Source: a virus
Length of the DNA stretch: 64,000 nt
IMG/VR virus record: IMGVR_UViG_3300027708_000022
Coordinates: 1 to 64,000 of that record
Reading direction: 5' to 3' (one strand)
The position numbers were made by a program, and so were the translations under genes. Below are positions 57,856-64,000 of this stretch, one piece after another (the stretch's first letter is position 1; every line of letters starts with the position of its first letter). The notes below the pieces were generated by a model. It ran no database searches. It was not told the origin of the DNA and worked only from the letters and a program-made list of their open reading frames with translations.

Positions 57856-58610
57856 TGGCATTTTCACCAGACAAGTTTTTATCGGAAATTAACAGAAGTG
57901 GTGGTTTAGTTAAAGCTAACCGTTATGATGTTATTATTCCTTTACCGCCATATATTAATAATTTTGTGACAAATAGTATTATTGATAGATTGATAGCTTC
58001 AAAGGATAGTTTACTTCAAGATATCACATCAATTTTACCAAATCTTGTTGGTACATTTCTTGGCCAAGATCCAATTAGTCCACAAGCGTTGACTGCTAAC
58101 CCGGAAACTACTAGACATTTATCAATGGTGTGTGAAGGTGCGGAGATGCCAGGTAAATCTCTGTTGACCGAAAAAGTTAAAATATATGGTCCTGGATTTC
58201 AAGTGCCATATTTAACAGATTACAAAGATATGAATTTAACATTTCTTTGCACGAACAAATACTCAGAACGAAAGATATTTGATAGATGGATTGAAGCTAT
58301 TATTCCATCGGATACTAATAATGCTAGATTTGCAAAAGGTGAAAGTAGTCGTTATTTAACCAATATAACTATAACTCAGTATGATGAAGTTGTAAATAGA
58401 ATTTATGCTGTACAATTGGTTGATGCTTTTCCAACCAGTATAGCTCCACAACCTTTATCTTGGAATGATGATAACTTTCAAAGGTTGACTGTAAACTTTT
58501 CTTACCAGAGATACAAAGTAGTTTATGATGAACAATTTGGAAGTGCCGGTGATGTTACCGCAAAATTGAATGAACTGTTTGGCTCAAGGTCAAAATTTTT
58601 AATTAATTAA
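57855..58610 (+). CDS. gp54: Baseplate tail-tube initiator
   Basis: GGLVKANRY.V, CEGAEMPGK, ERKIFDRW, L.DAFP.SI...LSW, LTVNFSY (tube-like fold). Confidence 0.8.
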   Translation: MAFSPDKFLSEINRSGGLVKANRYDVIIPLPPYINNFVTNSIIDRLIASKDSLLQDITSILPNLVGTFLGQDPISPQALTANPETTRHLSMVCEGAEMPGKSLLTEKVKIYGPGFQVPYLTDYKDMNLTFLCTNKYSERKIFDRWIEAIIPSDTNNARFAKGESSRYLTNITITQYDEVVNRIYAVQLVDAFPTSIAPQPLSWNDDNFQRLTVNFSYQRYKVVYDEQFGSAGDVTAKLNELFGSRSKFLIN

Positions 58611-58625
58611 TAATATGGAGTAATT

Positions 58626-59360
58626 ATGGCTTTACCAAAAATTGATGTACCTATTTTTGATGTGAAATTATTTTCTACAAACAAAAAAGTAAAATTTAGA
58701 CCATTCACCGTTAAAGAAGAAAAACTATTTCTCATAGCTTCAGAAACGGATGACCCACAATCAACTATAACAACAATCAAGCAGGTTTTGAATAATTGTA
58801 TACTTGATGATACTGATATTGAATCTCTTCCTTTGTTTGATATTGAGATGTTGTTTTTAAATTTAAGAGCTCGCTCAATCAGTGAGATTGTTAGTTTAAA
58901 ATACAAGTGTAATAACAATATTGTCGAAGAAGATGGTAAAGAACACAAATGTAACAATCAAGTAGAGATTGATGTTAATGTTTTGGATATTGTACCTGAA
59001 GTTGGTGAAAACCATTCTAATAAAATTGAAATTAATAGTAAACTTGGCCTTGTTATGAAATATCCAAAAATGGATGTTATGGCAAATATGGACAAGCAAG
59101 AAAATATTGATTCAGTTTTAAATTTGATTGTTGGTTGTATTGATTACATTTATGATGATGAAAAACTTTACTATGCTAAAGATAGTACAACAGAAGAATT
59201 GGTTGACTTTTTAGAAACATTACAATCAAAGGATTTGGAAAATATCAAACAATTTTTTGATACTATGCCAAAGATGAAAAAGACTTTAGATTTTAGTTGC
59301 AGAAAATGTGGTTATCAAGAAAAGATTGATGTAGAAGGCATACAAAATTTTTTCGGTTAA
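58626..59360 (+). CDS. gp26: Baseplate hub assembly protein
   Basis: MALPKIDVP, KFRPFTVKEEK, FDIE.LFLNLRARSI.E, FFDTMPK, CxxC, EGIQNFF. Confidence 0.9.
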   Translation: MALPKIDVPIFDVKLFSTNKKVKFRPFTVKEEKLFLIASETDDPQSTITTIKQVLNNCILDDTDIESLPLFDIEMLFLNLRARSISEIVSLKYKCNNNIVEEDGKEHKCNNQVEIDVNVLDIVPEVGENHSNKIEINSKLGLVMKYPKMDVMANMDKQENIDSVLNLIVGCIDYIYDDEKLYYAKDSTTEELVDFLETLQSKDLENIKQFFDTMPKMKKTLDFSCRKCGYQEKIDVEGIQNFFG

Positions 59361-59548
59361 TATTTCGTTATGATAATCTTGAGAATCATTATAAAACAAA
59401 TTTTGCTCTGATGCAACATCACAAGTACAGTTTGACAGAGTTGGAGAATATGATTCCTTGGGAAAAAGATATCTATGTGAATATGCTAATACGATATCTT
59501 GAAGAAGAAAATGAGAAGATTAAAGCTGCTAACCAACAAAGAAGATAA
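59348..59548 (+). CDS. gp51: Baseplate hub assembly catalyst, probably reached by -1 frameshift from gp26
   Basis: Not in ORF track; -1 frame reads FRYDNLENHYKTNFALMQHHKYSLTELENMIPWEKDIYV..L..YLEEEN; first ATG only at 59411. Confidence 0.8.
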   Translation, partial: FFRLIFRYDNLENHYKTNFALMQHHKYSLTELENMIPWEKDIYVNMLIRYLEEENEKIKAANQQRR

Positions 59549-59551
59549 TAA

Positions 59552-61717
59552 ATGGCAATAGACCGTACACCAGAAGAACAGGAAGAATATAATAAGCTTA
59601 AAAAAGATATTATAAAAGATATCAAAAAAGAAGCTAGAAAAAAAGATTATAATTCTTCAAATAAAAACACAACAAGCAATTCACTTACTGATATTGTAAA
59701 ATCTCGTCGTGAAGCTGGTGAAGGTGTCTTTGGTTCTTTAGGTGGAGCAGCTAAAGAGCGATTGAAGGAGAAGCTGGATATCAGAAGAGCTCTGCCTCAA
59801 GGTGGATTATTAACGGCTTTATTTCCAATATTAAAGGCATATAAAGCACAACTTCTCAATCCAATATCAAATGAAGGTTCCGCTTATTCCACTAGTACAA
59901 TGAGTCCTGCTCCTTCTAGTGGCGATTCTTTAGCCACATCAAAACCACTATTTGATTCTATAAGTGTTAATACAAAAATTATAGCAAAAAATAGTATGGC
60001 CTTGCCTTTGATTCAAAAAGATACTAATCTTATGCGTCAGACTTTAAAGAAGATTGTTAAGGCGATGCAAGCTAGAAAAAAAGTTGTTCCAACTAATACT
60101 ATTCCAACTTTAACAAAAAGAGTAAATAAAGTTGATGAATATAAAGGATTGGAAACAGAAAAAGAACAACCAAAAAAAGAAAAAGGTCCACTTGACATAT
60201 TAAAAGATTTGGCTGAATCAATTTATTCGATGATTAAAGTTGTTACTAAAACCATAGAAGAAGCTTTAAACGGTTTAACTGATAAAATTATTAAAGGTGT
60301 TGTTTCAGGAATAAAGGGTCTTTTCACTGTAGGTAAATTAGCAACATCAATGCTTGGTAGATTTATGATGCCTATCTTAGGTTTCATGGCTAGTCCAGCT
60401 GGTTTAGCACTGATGCTTGGCGCTGCCTTTTTTGCAGTCCTCTATAGGGGTTTTACTTCTGAAGAACGTGATGCTGAAAAAAGAAAAGAATTTGAGGAAT
60501 TGAAATCCAAAATTGCTTCAGGAACAGCATCTCAGGCAGATAAAAGAAGATATAAAGAATTGGAAGGATATGGTTATGGAAAAGAAGATATTGAAATACC
60601 CGACAAAGTTCTAAATCCATTTTATGGAAATAAACAATCTGGTCGTGTATCCTATGGAACATTTGGAACATTACAACAAATATTAGCACAGAAAAAAGGA
60701 ACTATAGAATACCTTTCTGATGAAGAATTGAAAAAGGGTGAATTTGGAAATTCTAGAGAAGTATTACAGAAATGGATGGACCATTATTTGGAATGGGAAA
60801 AAACTGATAAAAAAGGCAAGATTAAAAGTTTAAGTGAAATAGATGCAGATTTAATTCGTCCACAAACAGATAAAAACATAGAAGCTTCTGGAGTTTCTCC
60901 TGAAAAAATAGCTAATGAATTTGGAACAACATCGACAGCCCCCAATATAATTCATAAGAATCCTTTGGATCAAAAGGCACAAACATTGGCTGTTGGTGAT
61001 AGTTTAGCTGTTGGACTAAACAGGAGTGGATTGTCTGGAGATGGAGTTGATGCTGTTGGTGGTATGGATCCAACAAGAGTTTTAAATAAAATAAAAGAGA
61101 ATCTACAATCTGACCCATATCGCTATAAAGGTAAACACGTTATATTGAGTTCTGGTATTTCAAATGCTTACGGAACACTAGATCCAACAAGTGGACCAAA
61201 GAATACATCGTCCAAAAAACCAGCTGTAATGGAGAAAGAAAGATCCACAATAGCTGAACAAATAAAATTGTTGGAGGCTAATGGTGCAACAGTTTCATTA
61301 CTAGGTGTTGGTCCTCATCCTGTTTACAGAAATAATAATGTCAACGAAGAATTAAAATCATTAGCCAATTCAAACAATATTAAATTTTTAAATTTTCGTG
61401 AAGATGATTTTAATTCTAGGAAAGATTTAATACATCCTTCAACATATGGAAAACTAGTTGAAGTATCAAAAACATCAACAGAATCTATGTTGAATCCTAA
61501 AATTGATCCAAAATCTATAACTAGTATTAGTTCTTATGATTATGAAGGCACGGCTATTGCAGAAGATCGGTTACTAGGTCAATCTCTAAATTCAACATTA
61601 GATACTCCAAATTCTAATAAACAATCAACACCTAGAGCAGCAATAGAATCGCCATTTAATTATAAAAATCCGCAATTCGCTTCTTTGGGTCCTATAACTT
61701 TAATATCATTTACATAA
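59552..61717 (+). CDS. Tape-measure-like (gp29 position) protein with SGNH-hydrolase-like domain
   Basis: Helical N-half with hydrophobic segment; AVGDSLAVG...VILSSG.SN...DLIHP; follows gp26/51. Confidence 0.6.
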   Translation: MAIDRTPEEQEEYNKLKKDIIKDIKKEARKKDYNSSNKNTTSNSLTDIVKSRREAGEGVFGSLGGAAKERLKEKLDIRRALPQGGLLTALFPILKAYKAQLLNPISNEGSAYSTSTMSPAPSSGDSLATSKPLFDSISVNTKIIAKNSMALPLIQKDTNLMRQTLKKIVKAMQARKKVVPTNTIPTLTKRVNKVDEYKGLETEKEQPKKEKGPLDILKDLAESIYSMIKVVTKTIEEALNGLTDKIIKGVVSGIKGLFTVGKLATSMLGRFMMPILGFMASPAGLALMLGAAFFAVLYRGFTSEERDAEKRKEFEELKSKIASGTASQADKRRYKELEGYGYGKEDIEIPDKVLNPFYGNKQSGRVSYGTFGTLQQILAQKKGTIEYLSDEELKKGEFGNSREVLQKWMDHYLEWEKTDKKGKIKSLSEIDADLIRPQTDKNIEASGVSPEKIANEFGTTSTAPNIIHKNPLDQKAQTLAVGDSLAVGLNRSGLSGDGVDAVGGMDPTRVLNKIKENLQSDPYRYKGKHVILSSGISNAYGTLDPTSGPKNTSSKKPAVMEKERSTIAEQIKLLEANGATVSLLGVGPHPVYRNNNVNEELKSLANSNNIKFLNFREDDFNSRKDLIHPSTYGKLVEVSKTSTESMLNPKIDPKSITSISSYDYEGTAIAEDRLLGQSLNSTLDTPNSNKQSTPRAAIESPFNYKNPQFASLGPITLISFT
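59678..59850 (+). repeat. ~170-nt near-duplicate of 61728-61900 (shared N-terminal module of the two tape-measure-like genes)
   Basis: NSLTDIVKSRREAGEGVFGSL.GAAKERLKE...LPQGGLLTALFP.LKAYKAQ in both; DNA nearly identical in the first half. Confidence 0.9.
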
Positions 61718-61718
61718 T

Positions 61719-63686
61719 ATGGAAAATAATTCACTTACTGATATTGTTAAATCTCGCCGTGAAGCTGGTGAAGGTGTCTTTGGTTCTTTAGCTGGAGCAG
61801 CTAAAGAACGCCTGAAAGAAAGAATGGATTGGAAAAGACTTTTACCTCAAGGTGGTTTGTTAACTGCTTTATTTCCAAAACTCAAGGCATACAAAGCTCA
61901 GAAAGCTGCATCTCCAACAGAAAAAGTTTTAAAGAATATTGATACCGATTTTGCTTTATTTGCAAAGAACAGTAAAAAATTGGAATCCATTGCAAATAAT
62001 TTTTTGTTAATGAAAAGAGAAGTTAATAAACTTGCTAAATTGGAAAAAGTATCTCCTGCGACTAATGTGGACAGATCATTGGATGCGGAAACAGGAACAA
62101 CAGATACTACACAACCATCTAAAATTGAAACTGAAAAAGGTGGATTTAATATTTTATTGTTAATTGCTGCTGTTGCCGCTGTTGCAACAGCTGTAACGGT
62201 GGGATATGAAAATTTAAAAGAGTCATTTGATTCCACTATATCAGAATCTTTGAAACCACTTTTACATTTTGGTTCAGATTTATTTGAAGAATTTGAAAAT
62301 ATATTTGATTGGACAGAATTAAGAATGTCTGATTTATCCGACCTTGCAGAAGATACAATGGATTTTTTCAAAGAAAATCTTTCTAAATTATTTAATATGG
62401 ATGTTTTAGGTAAAATTAAAGATATTGCCAACAATGTTATCTCTAAATTTTTAGGAACGGATAGTGGTGGTGATAATGTAAAAACTCAAATTTATGATCC
62501 TGAAGCTGAGAGAAATGCTGGAGAAGCAGAAGCTCAACATTATATGCGTGATAGGGAGTCAGCATTAGTAGCTGCTCAAAATGATCCAAATACCAAAACA
62601 CGAAAGAAAAGATCAAGTAAAATTTTGGATATGGAGGGATTATTATCTGGTGAAAATGCTCTAGGTAATGTTATAGCTTCAGGTGAAAGTCGTGGAGCTG
62701 GATACAATGCGTACAATAAAGGAACTATAGGAAATAAAATAATTGGTTCGGATAAAAAAATAGATTTTTCTAGTATGACACTTGATGAATATTTTAGAAG
62801 ATCCGAATTGCCATCTAATGATCCTGATAAGTTATTTGCTGTTGGAAAATATCAAATAATTCCAGATACGATGAAAGGTATTGTTAAAGCTTTAGGGGTT
62901 GATACAAAAACAACACAGTTAACACCTGATGTACAAGAATCTTTTTTTAAATATCTTGTTAGTAATAGAAGAAATTTGAACGCATATCTCAAAGGTAAAT
63001 CTGATGACTTAAATGGAGCTATTCTTGACCTTGCTAAAGAATGGGCAGCTGTCGGTGTTCCATATGATAATCCAGACGGGAAACAATTAAAAAGGGGACA
63101 ATCATATTATTCCGGAACAGGTGGTAATGCGGCTAGTCTTTCACCTGAAATCATTGGTCAAGCTTTAGTTAAACAGAGAAGTGATAATTTAACTTCACCG
63201 ACAACAGCATCAGCAAAAACACCATTACCAACTGCATCAGTAACACCAACAACAGTACCAACAACAACATTATCAAAAACACCATTACCAACTGCATCAG
63301 TAACACCAACAACAGTACCAACAACAACATCATCGAACATCACCAACAATACCAATACCAACAACATTACAGCACCAACAACAACGAACATCACCAACAA
63401 TACCAATACCAACAACATTACAGCACCAACAACAACGAACATCACCAACAATACCAATACCAACAACATTACAGCACAAGATATAACTTCGATAAAAACA
63501 GCATCTATATCTCCGAATGTTATTGGTAGTAAACCTAATAACCAAAAAACGGTGTATATTCCTGTTCCTATTTCCTCCGGATCTGGTGGAAACAATCAAG
63601 ATAATGTAACAAATTCAAGAAACAAATTAAAAGAGGATTATGTTGCACGATTAATGTGGAACAATCTTGTTAATAATCTCGGATAA
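61719..63686 (+). CDS. Tape-measure-like protein with lysozyme-like domain and Thr/Asn-rich repeats
   Basis: Hydrophobic segment ILLLIAAVAAVATAVTVGY; IASGES.G.GYNAYN...AVGKYQIIPDT...LAKEWAA lysozyme-like motifs. Confidence 0.65.
   Translation: MENNSLTDIVKSRREAGEGVFGSLAGAAKERLKERMDWKRLLPQGGLLTALFPKLKAYKAQKAASPTEKVLKNIDTDFALFAKNSKKLESIANNFLLMKREVNKLAKLEKVSPATNVDRSLDAETGTTDTTQPSKIETEKGGFNILLLIAAVAAVATAVTVGYENLKESFDSTISESLKPLLHFGSDLFEEFENIFDWTELRMSDLSDLAEDTMDFFKENLSKLFNMDVLGKIKDIANNVISKFLGTDSGGDNVKTQIYDPEAERNAGEAEAQHYMRDRESALVAAQNDPNTKTRKKRSSKILDMEGLLSGENALGNVIASGESRGAGYNAYNKGTIGNKIIGSDKKIDFSSMTLDEYFRRSELPSNDPDKLFAVGKYQIIPDTMKGIVKALGVDTKTTQLTPDVQESFFKYLVSNRRNLNAYLKGKSDDLNGAILDLAKEWAAVGVPYDNPDGKQLKRGQSYYSGTGGNAASLSPEIIGQALVKQRSDNLTSPTTASAKTPLPTASVTPTTVPTTTLSKTPLPTASVTPTTVPTTTSSNITNNTNTNNITAPTTTNITNNTNTNNITAPTTTNITNNTNTNNITAQDITSIKTASISPNVIGSKPNNQKTVYIPVPISSGSGGNNQDNVTNSRNKLKEDYVARLMWNNLVNNLG
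63214..63477 (+). repeat. Coding tandem repeats: 2 x 60 nt then about 3 x 51 nt
   Basis: KTPLPTASVTPTTVPTTT at 63214 and 63274; NITNNTNTNNITA at 63334, 63385, 63436. Confidence 0.9.
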
Positions 63687-63687
63687 C

Positions 63688-63709
63688 AAAAAACCCGCCG
63701 AAGCGGGTT
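63688..63709 (-). terminator. Rho-independent terminator after gp32
   Basis: AACCCGC-UUCG-GCGGGUU plus U-run on minus strand, between convergent genes. Confidence 0.88.
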
Positions 63710-63731
63710 AAACTCTATTGTGGAGATAAGT

Positions 63732-64000
63732 TTATTTTGTGTCTGCTAGTGAATTAAAGTAATCCATTTCTTCATCGGCTTCAGCAACAACTTTCTTATC
63801 AAGTGCAGCTAAGTCCTCTTCTTTAAATGAATCTAACACAGCAGTTTCCGCCTTAGTTCTAGGATTTTCAACACCTGCGAAACCAAGAACCTTATCGAGG
63901 CGAGCTTTGAGTACATCATAAGATTTAAACTGTCCCTTCTCTGTGAATTCTTTTAGTGAGAATTCTTTCTTCCAGAGAGCTTCAAGTTTTTCATCGTCAC
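63732..64000 (-). CDS. gp32: Single-stranded DNA-binding protein, 3' end; runs off window edge
   Basis: Manual translation: DDEKLEALWKKEFSLKEF....FKSYDVLKARLDKVLG...DEEMDYFNSLADTK*. Confidence 0.88.
   Translation of the reverse strand, partial: DDEKLEALWKKEFSLKEFTEKGQFKSYDVLKARLDKVLGFAGVENPRTKAETAVLDSFKEEDLAALDKKVVAEADEEMDYFNSLADTK

Noticed and set aside
63158-63599. Repeat array as CRISPR, or Val/Cys-rich antisense ORFs
   Set aside because: Repeats are contiguous with no unique spacers, are multiples of 3 within a CDS, and no cas genes are present
1-64000. tRNA, rRNA or intein sequences
   Set aside because: No cloverleaf-sized intergenic gaps with tRNA motifs were seen; gp17, gp20, gp23 and gp47 have normal lengths without intein motifs

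Overview
This is a 64-kb, AT-rich segment of a T4-like myovirus genome (T4 superfamily, environmental cyanophage/freshwater-type gene order). The minus strand (1-56.7 kb) carries, in window order: gp46, gp47, a cytidylyltransferase, gp55, a split uvsW, uvsY, gp3, the head module (gp23, 22, 21, 68, 67, 20), gp19, gp18, gp17, dps, gp16, neck genes gp15/14/13, a ~15-kb array of fibre/adhesin genes and the baseplate genes (gp8, 7, 6, 25, a fragmented gp5, hub, gp53, gp48). The plus strand (56.7-63.7 kb) carries gp4, gp2, gp54, gp26/gp51 and two paralogous tape-measure-like proteins; gp32 converges from the right edge. There are three free-standing homing endonucleases, T4-type late promoters (nnTAAATA) and UUCG-loop terminators. 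The most unusual signals are at the translation level. (1) uvsW is cut in two by an HNH gene, with a 16-nt hairpin insertion hiding a remnant of the original uvsW codons. (2) The portal gene has a duplicated start, so its AUG opens only a 20-codon uORF; the real frame appears reachable by AUU initiation, a -1 slip or a hop. (3) There is a probable -1 frameshift gp26->gp51 just before the tape-measure-like genes. (4) A structured leader RNA and a perfect antisense sigma70 promoter lie upstream of a GIY-YIG gene. All gene calls rest on motif recognition and synteny, not database searches; the host cannot be determined.
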